DNA of 24,000 nucleotides from Bdellovibrionales bacterium (GTDB lineage Bacteria > Bdellovibrionota > Bdellovibrionia > Bdellovibrionales > JAMPXM01), in NCBI GenBank assembly GCA_034002335.1, contig JAVFAU010000002.1, positions 77 through 24,076 on the forward strand, written 5' to 3'. Position numbers and translations under genes: made by a program. Below the pieces are notes generated by a model, which saw only the letters and a program-made list of their open reading frames with translations, was not told where the DNA came from and did no database searches. Positions 14,920 to 23,915 of this stretch are shown here, one piece after another. Within the stretch, counting starts at the first letter, position 1; each line of letters opens with the position of its first letter.

Positions 14920-16440
14920 CTATGTTAACGGATCGTAAGACAAACCCGGAGGTGCCGCCTTTGGATCATACGGCGTCGGATCTTCCAGACTCGCCACGGG
15001 AACCGTGCAGTATTGAACCGCAAAATCCGCCGCCGGACGATCGTTCCCGGATTTCCCAAGACCTCCAAAAGGCAGCTTCGAACTCGCACCGTTCGTCGTG
15101 CGGTTCCAATTCACCAAACCGGAACGACCACGATACAACGTCTCCTCATACAACGCCTTCTGTTTCGTAAAGACGGATGTCACAAGACCGAAGCCCGTAC
15201 TCGTGTTGATCTTCAAAGCTTCATCAAAATCGGACACTCGGTAAATCGCGACGTTCGGGCCGAAGATTTCTGTTTTCTGATACACGGAATCTTCGCGATA
15301 ACGATCAACGAGGCAAATCGAAGGCGTCACGTAGTAGCCCTTGTGATCGAGATCAAGAGCCTTTCCGCGCATCAGGCGCTCCGCACCCTCGCGGCTCGCG
15401 ATTTCCTGAAAGCGAACGTACTTTTCAACAGCGGTGGCATTGATCAAAGGACCCATGAAAGGGTTTTCCTTCCAATGTCCAATCGTGAGTTTTTTCGCCG
15501 TCTCGTAGAACTTATCGATAAATTTATCCGCAATCGAATTGTGCAGAATGACCCGGCTCGTGCACGAACAACGCTGCCCCGTCGACATAAACGCGCCGAT
15601 CGTGGTTTCATAAATAGCCTTGTTGAGATCCGCGTCGTCCCAAACAATCGTCGCGTTCTTGCCGCCCATTTCTAGCGCAAGGATCTTCCAATACTGCTCC
15701 ACTGTCTTTTGCTTGATCTTAAGTCCCGTCTCATAAGAGCCCGTGAACAAGATCCCGTCGACATTTTCGTCAGCCACAAGACGCTTGCCGGTTTCGCCTT
15801 CGCCCTGAACAAGGTTGAACACCCCTTTGGGAAACTCCGCTTTTTCAAAAAGGCGGGCCATAAGCTGGCCCGTCATCGGCGTCAGCTCCGAAGGCTTAAA
15901 GACGATCGTGTTTCCGGTCGCGAGCGCGGGAACGATGTGACCGTTTGGAAGGTGCCCCGGAAAGTTAAACGGCCCCAAGACCGCCATCACACCGCGAGCC
16001 ATGTGGTTGATCACACCGTCGACACCCGGCAAAACATTCGAAAAGCGCTCTTGTCGCACAAGTCGCATCGAGTGCTCGATCGTGATGTCGATTTTGCCGA
16101 TCATCGCTCGCACTTCTCCCGTTGCGTCCCACAACGGTTTACCCGTTTCACGGGCGATGACTTCGGCGAGTTCCGTGGCGTGTGCCGTATATACGTCTTT
16201 TAGTTTGCGCAAAAGTTGAAAGCGCTGTTCCTCGGGCAGTCGCGCCCATGCCGGGAACGCGCGACGAGCGGCCTCAGTCGCACGACTGACATGATCATAA
16301 CGATACTCAAGCCGAGCCAGAACATCGCTTAGATCCGCAGGTGAAACAGCCGAGAATTCGCCATCCGCTCGATCGGGCTTAATAAACTGCCCATCAATAT
16401 AGTCACCGATATAACCAACAGCACTCTCGATCGGATTCAT
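14920..16440 (-). CDS. astD: N-succinylglutamate 5-semialdehyde dehydrogenase
   Basis: This is an aldehyde dehydrogenase fold with long near-identical stretches to E. coli AstD as I recall it. These are GPFNFPGHLPNGHIVPALATGNTIVFKPSELTP, ILALEMGGKN, and GLVNWNRTTNGASSKLPFGGLGKSGNDRPAADFAVQYCTVPVASLE. It is adjacent to astA. The product is 506 aa. Confidence 0.88.
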   Translation of the reverse strand: MNPIESAVGYIGDYIDGQFIKPDRADGEFSAVSPADLSDVLARLEYRYDHVSRATEAARRAFPAWARLPEEQRFQLLRKLKDVYTAHATELAEVIARETGKPLWDATGEVRAMIGKIDITIEHSMRLVRQERFSNVLPGVDGVINHMARGVMAVLGPFNFPGHLPNGHIVPALATGNTIVFKPSELTPMTGQLMARLFEKAEFPKGVFNLVQGEGETGKRLVADENVDGILFTGSYETGLKIKQKTVEQYWKILALEMGGKNATIVWDDADLNKAIYETTIGAFMSTGQRCSCTSRVILHNSIADKFIDKFYETAKKLTIGHWKENPFMGPLINATAVEKYVRFQEIASREGAERLMRGKALDLDHKGYYVTPSICLVDRYREDSVYQKTEIFGPNVAIYRVSDFDEALKINTSTGFGLVTSVFTKQKALYEETLYRGRSGLVNWNRTTNGASSKLPFGGLGKSGNDRPAADFAVQYCTVPVASLEDPTPYDPKAAPPGLSYDPLT

Positions 16441-16482
16441 CTGCTCAGTCCTTTAAATTAGCGGCCTTTAAAACTGGGATCT

Positions 16483-17571
16483 TCACGACACGGGCGAGTA
16501 AAAAACTTTTGCGCCTTGTTCGATATCTAATGTTCTCAAAGCGGCATCCGGCAGAACAATACCCTCCGCCCCGCGATCCTCGTACGGCGTCCATACGGCG
16601 CGAAACTCACCGTCTTCTCTCACACCCGAAAGCGCCATACCGGAAAAATGAATTCGATCCATACGTGAAACCGCAGCCACATGCTTCGTATTTTTCACGA
16701 CCGTGATGTTCGCAAGCTCCGCCCCGTAGTGAGGACCGCCATCAAACGGGTCGACCTCGTTCAGATACTCGAATCCGATCGATTCGAGCAAGTGCTGCGC
16801 CGGTCGCGTATCCTGGCCAACTCGGCCAAGATCCACGCGCGCGCGCGAATCCAACAAAGCTAGATAGATGTCTTCTTCCGGGAACAAGCTCGATATGAAC
16901 TCCTTGTTCCTCTGGCTGATCAAGTCCGCTTCTTGATACGGAAGCCCCGTGAAACGGCGACCCAACGCTTCCCAGAATTCACTGCGACCACCATCGCCCA
17001 ACGGCGGGGTCAGTTCACATAGAACTCGCTTTTCAAACTCATGCGGCGCCATCGCCATATAGAGAAAGCGCACGAGACTGATCTGTTTTCCAAGTTTTTC
17101 GGGTCGGCGACGATACGAGCGGTCAATCAGAAGACCACCGATCTCAGTCGGACCGTCCGTATCTTCTTTGAACTGCAAAACTTGATGAATAAAACCGACG
17201 CCAAGATCATCGCTAAACCGATTTCGCTTCACGATCTTGAAATAGTAATGAGGAACTTCCTCAGTCCCGTGCTTCGCAAGAATCAGCGAACTGCCGACAA
17301 TCGCTTCGGTTTCGAGATCTTCACAGACAAACAGGTATTCAGCGTCTTCTTTCGAAGCCTCGCCGGCAAACGAAGCCAGTGAACGCTCGATTTTTCCAGC
17401 AAGGACCTTGCGGTCGGCCGGAAGATTCAGAAGCGAAAACTGACCCGCGAGATCATGAAGACTTTTAAGATCATCCGTGCGCGCACTCCGCAAAACAAAC
17501 TTTGCGCTCATTTGGGAGGTTGCAAGCTGATGAGGTTCTAGCTTATTTATTTGGCGATTGATTTTGTTCAT
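16483..17571 (-). CDS. astA: Arginine (or arginine/ornithine) N-succinyltransferase
   Basis: The AstA-like N-terminus is FVLRSARTDDLKSLHDLAGQFSLLNLPADRKVLAGKIERSLASF. I chose ATG 17571, which overlaps the upstream gene's stop (ATGA 17568-17571). GTG 17577 (ORF track) and ATG 17511 (MSAKFVLRS..., which aligns best with the E. coli N-terminus) are alternatives. None has a clear SD. Confidence 0.85.
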   Translation of the reverse strand: MNKINRQINKLEPHQLATSQMSAKFVLRSARTDDLKSLHDLAGQFSLLNLPADRKVLAGKIERSLASFAGEASKEDAEYLFVCEDLETEAIVGSSLILAKHGTEEVPHYYFKIVKRNRFSDDLGVGFIHQVLQFKEDTDGPTEIGGLLIDRSYRRRPEKLGKQISLVRFLYMAMAPHEFEKRVLCELTPPLGDGGRSEFWEALGRRFTGLPYQEADLISQRNKEFISSLFPEEDIYLALLDSRARVDLGRVGQDTRPAQHLLESIGFEYLNEVDPFDGGPHYGAELANITVVKNTKHVAAVSRMDRIHFSGMALSGVREDGEFRAVWTPYEDRGAEGIVLPDAALRTLDIEQGAKVFYSPVS

Positions 17572-19004
17572 AAACACATCTGCTTAATTACAAGGCGATA
17601 AAATCCGGTTGCCCGATCAAGCTCTTGAATTCTCACATACTCATTCGGAGTATGGGAATTACCAACACCCTGCCCCGGGCCCCACACCGCACAGTCGATA
17701 CCGAACTTAGCGAAAACATTGGCTTCATTCGCCACCGCCTGTGTTGATAGCGTCGCGTCAATTTGCATTTCAGACAAGATCCGTCGGCAGTTTTCAATGA
17801 TCGCTGAACTCTCGGCTGTTCGAAACGGCGGCTTGTAGTCGCCAATTCGAAACACGGCCCCTTCGGCCGCACAGGCCTCGCGCAACATCTGCATCCAGCC
17901 CTCGTAGTCGGCTTGCGAAACCGTTGGCGGCAAACGCACGCAACCCAAAATCTTCACATGCTCTTCGAGCGTGCGAATCATGCCGACATTCAATGTCGGC
18001 TCCTGCGGCACAAACCCGGAATCCGGAAAACGCTTAAACTGCGCTTCAACTTGTTTGATCACGGTACGAATGCGTAAAAGCTTCTGTGCCATCAAATCTT
18101 TCAACGCTTCCGTCGTCATGCCCGCCACGAGATCAATTTCGAGAACCGCTTGTGAAGCAACCGTATTGAAGTTGATTCCGCCCTCGATTTCCATCACCGC
18201 AACGCCAGAAGGCATACGCTCCAAGGCATCGAACATTTTCTCGATGGCGCTTTCACCAAGCTGAGGCGAAGACGAGTGCGCCGCGCGCCCACGAAACAGA
18301 CGACTCTGCGACGAGGAGCTCTCGCTCAAATTATGTTCATCGCGAAACCGTCGTTCTTCCGGTGAGAAAGGGATTTCAATCTCGACCGAAGCGAAGCCCT
18401 TACCCGCGACAACGAGTTTCGAATCCGTCGGCTCACCCACCAGAACCGCCGTCGGTTTCACTTTCTTTTTTCGAATCAACTTCACCGCGCCCGGCATGCC
18501 AAGCTCTTCGCCGAACGTACCCACCAAAACCGGCGGCACGTTCCACGCTTGTCCGCTCTGCCGCCTTTCTTGATCCGCCTCGCGAAGCGCGTAGAGCTTG
18601 CAAAGAAAATCGAGCTTCACATCCGCCGATCCAAGGCCATACAGACGGTCGCCTTCCGGCGATCGATAAATACTCGCGTTGAACGGATTCGCACCGGTCT
18701 CGCGCCAAAGCGCATAGGCGCCAGGGTCCGGCGTATCGAGATGCGTCTCCAACATAAACTCTTGATCCGGAACGAAATCGATACGAGAGGCACCGGCATC
18801 CACGTCGCCCACGCCCTGCGGGTCGCAGCTGGGACGAACGATCACATTCGCCTGTTCGAGCCCGTTCCACGATTCAATTTGAAGCTCCGCCTGCAAACCA
18901 AGCGAGCGAGCTAAATCCGCAGCAAAGCGCGCGACAGCCATCGTCCCCGCAGAAGGACTGCTGTCGATTCCGATAATCTGTCGGCACGCCTCTAGAAAGT
19001 CCAA
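17568..19004 (-). CDS. M20-family metallopeptidase (ArgE/DapE-type deacylase), candidate desuccinylase
   Basis: The M20 metal and catalytic motifs are present: ETHLDTPDP (HxD), LYGLGSADVK, FGEELG (EE), VGEPTD, and the C-terminal GNSHTPNEYV. The start is TTG 19004, 3 nt after the aminotransferase stop, which keeps the conserved N-terminal helix FLEACRQIIGIDSSPS. The product is 478 aa, longer than typical ArgE/DapE. Confidence 0.8.
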   Translation of the reverse strand: MDFLEACRQIIGIDSSPSAGTMAVARFAADLARSLGLQAELQIESWNGLEQANVIVRPSCDPQGVGDVDAGASRIDFVPDQEFMLETHLDTPDPGAYALWRETGANPFNASIYRSPEGDRLYGLGSADVKLDFLCKLYALREADQERRQSGQAWNVPPVLVGTFGEELGMPGAVKLIRKKKVKPTAVLVGEPTDSKLVVAGKGFASVEIEIPFSPEERRFRDEHNLSESSSSQSRLFRGRAAHSSSPQLGESAIEKMFDALERMPSGVAVMEIEGGINFNTVASQAVLEIDLVAGMTTEALKDLMAQKLLRIRTVIKQVEAQFKRFPDSGFVPQEPTLNVGMIRTLEEHVKILGCVRLPPTVSQADYEGWMQMLREACAAEGAVFRIGDYKPPFRTAESSAIIENCRRILSEMQIDATLSTQAVANEANVFAKFGIDCAVWGPGQGVGNSHTPNEYVRIQELDRATGFYRLVIKQMCL

Positions 19005-19007
19005 ACG

Positions 19008-20399
19008 CTACATCATCTCTTGAATCGATTTTTCCAGAATCTTCGCGGCGACTTCGACATCGTGAGATGTCATCACGGCCGGAAGCAAAAAGCGAAGTCG
19101 ATACGGATCACGACCGCAGCTAAATGCGATTAGTCCGTTCTTATAAAGCGTCTGAAGAAGTTTATTAACCTTGTCTTTTGTTCCGTCGAGCGGCGTGACG
19201 GCGATCATAAGCCCCATACCGCCGGCCTCTTGCAACTGTCCCTTGCAAGTCGTTTCGTTGAGGCGATTCAACATGCCGACGAATTCGCGGTGAAGCTTTT
19301 GAATTTTCCCGCCTTCACCCAGGTACCCATCTTTCGTGATCATCTCGAGCGATGCGATTCCGGCGGCCAAGGACGCCGACGAACCGGAGAAGGTTCCCGC
19401 CACCAAACCGGCTTTAGGATTGTATTCCTCCGTATAAAGCGTCGCGCCCGTTTGAAGCGTCTTCGCGATTGTGCAGAGGTCGATGTATTCGCCAATTCCA
19501 AGCGTTTCGAACGCAAAAAGCTCACCCGTGCGCATGAACGTCTGAACCTCATCCGCCCAAACCGCAATGTGTTGCTCGCGACAGAACTCGAGGATTGGAA
19601 CGAAGAATTCACGAGGAGCCGTCTTGTAACCACCCTCGCCCAACATCGGTTCAAAAACGAACGTCGCGACTTGTTTTGGATTCGCGGCAACGATCTCTTT
19701 GAATTTGCGAAGCGACTCTTCACTGCTGCGTGGATTCTTGGAATCGTACCAAGAAATACGAAGGACCTCGTTGTACTCAGGAAGCCCCTCTTTATACGCC
19801 GGATTGTCGGTTACTTCGGCCATCATCGTCGAGCGACCCGCGAACGCGTTCTTCATGCCGATCACAAGCTTCGCCGGAGAATTTTTTTGGCGCGCCATTT
19901 TCAGTGCGTTTTCATTCGCCATCGTGCCGCATGTTGAAAGCCACGCATATTTAAGGCGGCTCTTCTTCGAAGCGCTCTCTACGAGCATTTTCGAGATCTG
20001 CGCGTACTCATGGTTCGGCTCAAGATTTCCCTGCATCACAACATCCGAAAGGGCGCCGCGAACAGCGGCTTCACGCAGGCGTGGGTGGCCGTGTCCGAAA
20101 ATGTGAACACCGATTCCGTTGATCAAATCGAGCTTAACCGATCCATCCTCGACCTCGACGTAAGCCCCACGGCCCGAACCTGTTCCAACAAATTGATAGT
20201 TCAGCGGGCGACCGCGATACTTCGCCACCTCGTCAAACATACTCTTTCCACCGTCCAACGCCTCTGCCTGCGGTTCACGCACAGCCTCAAGCGCAGACTC
20301 TTCGGCGGCGACCGCCGCGACCAGTTCTTCAATCTTTTTTTGAATGGCAGATGATGTTCGAACTCGATGTCCCGCTAGTTTGTTGTTTGGAAAGCTCAC
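19008..20399 (-). CDS. Class-III PLP-dependent aminotransferase (occupies the astC position)
   Basis: GTG 20399 is preceded by GGAGAA. The motifs INGIGVHIFGHGHP, FVFEPMLGEGGY and WADEVQTFMRTGELFAFE are present, and IAKTLQTG is the presumed PLP lysine. The product is 463 aa with an N-terminal extension of about 45 aa relative to AstC/ArgD as I remember them. Confidence 0.85.
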   Translation of the reverse strand: MSFPNNKLAGHRVRTSSAIQKKIEELVAAVAAEESALEAVREPQAEALDGGKSMFDEVAKYRGRPLNYQFVGTGSGRGAYVEVEDGSVKLDLINGIGVHIFGHGHPRLREAAVRGALSDVVMQGNLEPNHEYAQISKMLVESASKKSRLKYAWLSTCGTMANENALKMARQKNSPAKLVIGMKNAFAGRSTMMAEVTDNPAYKEGLPEYNEVLRISWYDSKNPRSSEESLRKFKEIVAANPKQVATFVFEPMLGEGGYKTAPREFFVPILEFCREQHIAVWADEVQTFMRTGELFAFETLGIGEYIDLCTIAKTLQTGATLYTEEYNPKAGLVAGTFSGSSASLAAGIASLEMITKDGYLGEGGKIQKLHREFVGMLNRLNETTCKGQLQEAGGMGLMIAVTPLDGTKDKVNKLLQTLYKNGLIAFSCGRDPYRLRFLLPAVMTSHDVEVAAKILEKSIQEMM

Positions 20400-20547
20400 G
20401 GTTGTTTCTCCTACGGCCCTTCTTTGACCTCGTGATGTACTAGAGAAAGAGATTACTCCTGCCGGTCGGCATCGGCAACCAGACCCACCGCAACCCAGCC
20501 CACGAAACCGTTGCTCACCACGCCAAGTGCTTTAAACTCAAACTAAG

Positions 20548-21444
20548 ATGAAACCGCTCACTGAACTACTCACTGATTTTCACAAACTTGTGACCAAACT
20601 CACGGTTGCAGTCGCTTTTCTAATCGGCGCAATACTGCCTGCTGCGTCATTTGATGCGTCATACGCATCAAATGCTCCGGAAGAAGCCTCTTCTCTCTAC
20701 GCTCAGGCCGTAGAATCGTTTCGCGCCGGAAAGCTCGAAGACGCTCGCAGCGCGATGTTACAACTCGAAACCGAGCACGCAGAGGACCCGACACTGCTTC
20801 TCAATCTTGGGCTGATCGCCGAAAAAGAAGGCCGGCCAGGGGCCGCGATTGCCCTATGGAGAAAGGGTCTCGCATCCCATCCGACAGATTCCGATTTGCT
20901 GAACGCCATCGATTGGATCAAAAGCAAACTCGATCGCGGCGCCTTTCCTCGCGACGTCGGAACATGGGAAACCCTACGCCAATCGCTTCTTCTGCGCGTT
21001 TCTCCTTTCGCCACCGTCGGCGGTTCCGCCATTTTGCTAATCCTCGCCGGCATTTTCTTTCTGCGCTGGTTCGGCCGCAGAAAACGCGCGCTTGAAAACG
21101 AACTCGCGCTGCCGCCCCCACCGCTCGCAGCGATTGTTTTTTCGGTTCTGTTCTGTTTTCTCCTTAGCGTCTCCATCGCGATTTTCGTCGATCGACTCGA
21201 TCTTCGCGGCACCGTGATACAAGCGAAAATCGGCGCTCGCTCCGCGCCCGATATCGCCGCGACCGTTCTTTTTGACATCGCCGAAGGCGCCGAAGTGACC
21301 GTTCGCGACACTCGCATCGTCGCGGATCTCGAATGGCGCCGGATCACGACCACCGATGGAAAAACGGGATGGATGCCGGCAAACACCGTGCTGACAACCG
21401 ACGACTCGCCTCGCCGCGCTTTTGAGACAGGAGCACCCAAGTGA
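20548..21444 (+). CDS. Membrane protein with an N-terminal TPR region, two TM segments and a C-terminal SH3b-like domain (BatE-like architecture)
   Basis: A signal-like N-terminus is present (LTVAVAFLIGAILPAASFDASYA). TPR-like helices include YAQAVESFRAGKLEDARSAML and LNLGLIAEKEGRPGAAIALWRKGLASHP. TM segments are SAILLILAGIFFLRWF and IVFSVLFCFLLSVSIAIFV. The SH3-like tail is GTVIQAKIGARSAPD...EWRRITTTDGKTGWMPANTV. There is no obvious SD. Confidence 0.75.
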   Translation: MKPLTELLTDFHKLVTKLTVAVAFLIGAILPAASFDASYASNAPEEASSLYAQAVESFRAGKLEDARSAMLQLETEHAEDPTLLLNLGLIAEKEGRPGAAIALWRKGLASHPTDSDLLNAIDWIKSKLDRGAFPRDVGTWETLRQSLLLRVSPFATVGGSAILLILAGIFFLRWFGRRKRALENELALPPPPLAAIVFSVLFCFLLSVSIAIFVDRLDLRGTVIQAKIGARSAPDIAATVLFDIAEGAEVTVRDTRIVADLEWRRITTTDGKTGWMPANTVLTTDDSPRRAFETGAPK

Positions 21445-21968
21445 ATTTCTTATGGGACAACATCTTTAAGAAAAAAGGCGAGCAAACGGCTCAGTCCGTC
21501 CTAAAAGAAAACATTCTGTTTCAAGACCTTTCCGAGGGGGAACTGAGGTTTCTCGAACGCTGCGTGCACATTCGTCACTACCACATCGGCGAATCCATTT
21601 TCCGCCAAGGCGAGGTCGGCGTCGGCATGTACCTCATCATCAAGGGACGCATCGAAATCCATGTGGTCGACCCCCAAGCTTCCGACGAAGCATCGCGCGA
21701 AGTTTTTATCACCGAGCTTCTTTCAAACGACTTTTTCGGCGAACTCTCGCTTGTCGAAGATAACGGGCGGCGCACAGCCACGGCCGTCGCTCGCGAAGAA
21801 ACGACGTTGATTGGTTTCTTCAAACCCGATCTTTTAGAAGTTCTCGCACGCCGCCCGGCCATGGGGACCAAAATTACGTTACGTCTCGCGGAAGTGCTGG
21901 GAAGACGACTCAAGGAAACGACGGAAAAAGTCACTGAGTTACGCCGCATCCTCAAGGATCACCCATGA
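21441..21968 (+). CDS. Stand-alone cyclic-nucleotide-binding (CAP_ED) domain protein
   Basis: GTG 21441 overlaps the upstream stop (GTGA) and has GGAG about 8 nt upstream. The phosphate-binding cassette is FGELSLVEDNGRRTATAVA (about 21735-21791). The product is 175 aa with no attached effector or DNA-binding domain. Confidence 0.85.
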   Translation: MNFLWDNIFKKKGEQTAQSVLKENILFQDLSEGELRFLERCVHIRHYHIGESIFRQGEVGVGMYLIIKGRIEIHVVDPQASDEASREVFITELLSNDFFGELSLVEDNGRRTATAVAREETTLIGFFKPDLLEVLARRPAMGTKITLRLAEVLGRRLKETTEKVTELRRILKDHP

Positions 21969-23038
21969 TCGACCCGCGGTCAGCCTTCATCATCCGCCGA
22001 GAACGGCGCTGGCGACTATTCAGTTTTCTCGCGATCTTACTGACAGCCGCGGCAATCGTCGTTCTCATCAACGGCCTGCTCGCCTCGTGCGTCTTGGCTT
22101 TCGTGATCGCGTACCTGTGCGCGCCGATCGTAGACTTTCTTGAGCGCGAAGGCCTAAGACGCTCCACCGCGACCCTCATTCCGTTCCTTGCGGGCGGTAC
22201 CCTTGTGGTCATCGGAACCATATTGATTCTTCCCCTCATCACAGAGCAGTTGGAAGTTCTGATCAGCCAGCTGCCGAGATACCAGCGCGACCTGACAAGC
22301 CTCATTTCATCCATCGAAGCCAGGTACGGCGTCTATTTGAGCACCGGCCAAATCAACCTCTCGCAGAACATCAATCATTGGATCATCGGCCGAACTGGCG
22401 ACCTCTCGGTGGCCCTGCCGTCTATCTTATCGCAGTCGTTCACGGTGTTGTTGCTCGCGCCCTTCTTCGCCTTTTTCATGCTGAAAGACGGGAATGCCGT
22501 CGCGCGCTCGATGCTGGCTTTCGTTCCCAATCAGTTTTTTGAGATCGCACTCAACTTGCGACACCAAATCAACGAACAGCTGGGCGGCTTCATTCGCGCC
22601 CGTTTCCTTGAGGCCGCGATTGTCGGAGCCGTCGTCTGGATCGGACTTCAAATCATCGGTTTCCCATACGCAACGGTCCTCGCCATCTTCGCCGCGGTCA
22701 CAAACCTCATCCCCTACCTTGGTCCTATTATCGGGGCGGTACCCGCGGTTCTCATCGCGCTCGTTTCACAGGAAGCCTCAATCGACACCACCCCAACCGT
22801 GACTCTGCTCCTCGTCAGCAGCATCTATCTGCTGGCGCAGCTGATCGACATCGTTTTCGTCATCCCTCTGGTCGTCGCACGCATCGTCGATCTTCACCCG
22901 GTTACGGTCGTCGTTATGATCATCGCGGGTGCTGAAGTGGCGGGCATCCTTGGTATGGTCATCGCAATTCCCGTGGCAAGCGCCGTCAAATTGACCTTTA
23001 ACGCTCTTTATTTGCATCTGACGAACTTTCGGGACTGA
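21965..23038 (+). CDS. AI-2E family transporter (UPF0118/PerM-type permease)
   Basis: ATG 21965 overlaps the upstream stop (ATGA), with AAGGA upstream. The protein is polytopic and has the typical FAAVTNLIPYLGPIIGAVPAVLIAL segment. The product is 357 aa. Confidence 0.85.
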   Translation: MIDPRSAFIIRRERRWRLFSFLAILLTAAAIVVLINGLLASCVLAFVIAYLCAPIVDFLEREGLRRSTATLIPFLAGGTLVVIGTILILPLITEQLEVLISQLPRYQRDLTSLISSIEARYGVYLSTGQINLSQNINHWIIGRTGDLSVALPSILSQSFTVLLLAPFFAFFMLKDGNAVARSMLAFVPNQFFEIALNLRHQINEQLGGFIRARFLEAAIVGAVVWIGLQIIGFPYATVLAIFAAVTNLIPYLGPIIGAVPAVLIALVSQEASIDTTPTVTLLLVSSIYLLAQLIDIVFVIPLVVARIVDLHPVTVVVMIIAGAEVAGILGMVIAIPVASAVKLTFNALYLHLTNFRD

Positions 23039-23090
23039 CCGCGCCGTAGCATGATTGACAAAGACTGGGGGCCGAAAAAGACTCTCAGTT

Positions 23091-23915
23091 ATGAAATTCC
23101 GCCCGAAACTCAAAGACTTATCCTTGAAACCATCATCGAATTTATCTTTGATCAAATGTTCGCGAACCGTGCAGACAGTCTTGTCTATTCTGCTGTTGGT
23201 TTCATTCGCGGCCGCGGGATGCTCGTCGGTCGATAAGTTCGACCCTTCAACAGCCGAAGGCGCCTACAAACTCGCCGAACAGTACGAAAAAGATGAGCGC
23301 TTCGAAGAAGCGGTCGGCAAGTACGCGGACGTCAAAAACAAACACCCCTACAGTCGCTTCGCCACCATGGCGGAGCTGAAAATCGCAGACGTTCACTTCA
23401 CGCGCGAATCCTACATCGAGGCTCAGTACGCTTACCAAACTTTCAAGGAGCTTCACCCCAAGCACCCGCAAATCGACTACGTCACGTTCCGCTTAGGGAT
23501 GTCTTTCTTTAATCAGCTTCCATCGACAATCGATCGCGACCTTAGTCTGGCCGACAAAGCCATTCTCTACTTCGACGAAGTGATCGCATCGTACCCGCAA
23601 TCACAATACGCAAAAGAAGCGCGAGACAAGCGCACGGAATCCCTCAAAAAACTGGCGGGCAAAGAGCTCTACATCGCCGACTTCTATTTTAAGAAGAAGC
23701 AATACGGAAGCGCGCTTGGACGTTACGAAGGCCTGCTTCGCAGTTACGCCAATGTCGAAGGCTTCGCGGCGCCGGCCCTTTATCGCGCGGCGATCTCCGC
23801 GCGCGAAACCGGCGATCGCGACAAAGCCGGTCGCTACGCTAAAAGACTGATTCAACGATTCCCAGACTCAACCGAAGCGGCTCAGGCCCGAAGCGAGTTC
23901 AGCAATGTTCGATAA
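23091..23915 (+). CDS. bamD: Outer membrane protein assembly factor BamD (YfiO) lipoprotein
   Basis: The lipobox is LLLVSFAAAGCSS. TPR-like repeats match the BamD pattern (YKLAEQYEKDERFEEAVGKY..., YSRFATMAELKIADVHF, FKELHPKHPQIDYVTFRLGMSFF, VIASYPQSQYAKEA, ADFYFKKKQYGSALGRY). The start is uncertain. ATG 23091 is chosen, TTG 23055 is the ORF track start, and in-frame TTG 23148 would give a canonical short signal peptide MIKCSRTVQTVLSILLLVSFAAAGC. Confidence 0.85.
   Translation: MKFRPKLKDLSLKPSSNLSLIKCSRTVQTVLSILLLVSFAAAGCSSVDKFDPSTAEGAYKLAEQYEKDERFEEAVGKYADVKNKHPYSRFATMAELKIADVHFTRESYIEAQYAYQTFKELHPKHPQIDYVTFRLGMSFFNQLPSTIDRDLSLADKAILYFDEVIASYPQSQYAKEARDKRTESLKKLAGKELYIADFYFKKKQYGSALGRYEGLLRSYANVEGFAAPALYRAAISARETGDRDKAGRYAKRLIQRFPDSTEAAQARSEFSNVR

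Noticed and set aside
15013-15675. 220-aa + strand ORF inside astD (similar cases at 14922..15170, 15709..16203 and 16001..16219)
   Set aside because: All lie opposite a gene with long near-identical stretches to AstD. None has motifs and all are Arg-rich. These are shadow ORFs.
16450-16473. Direct repeat CCTTTAAA ... CCTTTAAA in the astA-astD spacer
   Set aside because: There are two 8-bp copies 15 nt apart in a 42-nt spacer. One copy supplies the AAGGA Shine-Dalgarno of astD on the - strand. This is probably a trivial local duplication with no further support.
19230-19937. 235-aa + strand ORF inside the class-III aminotransferase (plus 19699..20106 and 20010..20354)
   Set aside because: They are antisense to a clearly recognisable PLP enzyme. 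They are Arg-rich and lack motifs.
20703-21440. 245-aa - strand ORF opposite the TPR-SH3 gene
   Set aside because: The translation is Ser/Arg/Ala low-complexity. The + strand frame instead gives a coherent signal peptide, TPR, TM and SH3 architecture, and is translationally coupled to the next gene.
23051-23236. 61-aa ORF overlapping the bamD 5' region
   Set aside because: It is out of frame with bamD and has no motif. The bamD frame gives a lipoprotein signal and lipobox in the same DNA.
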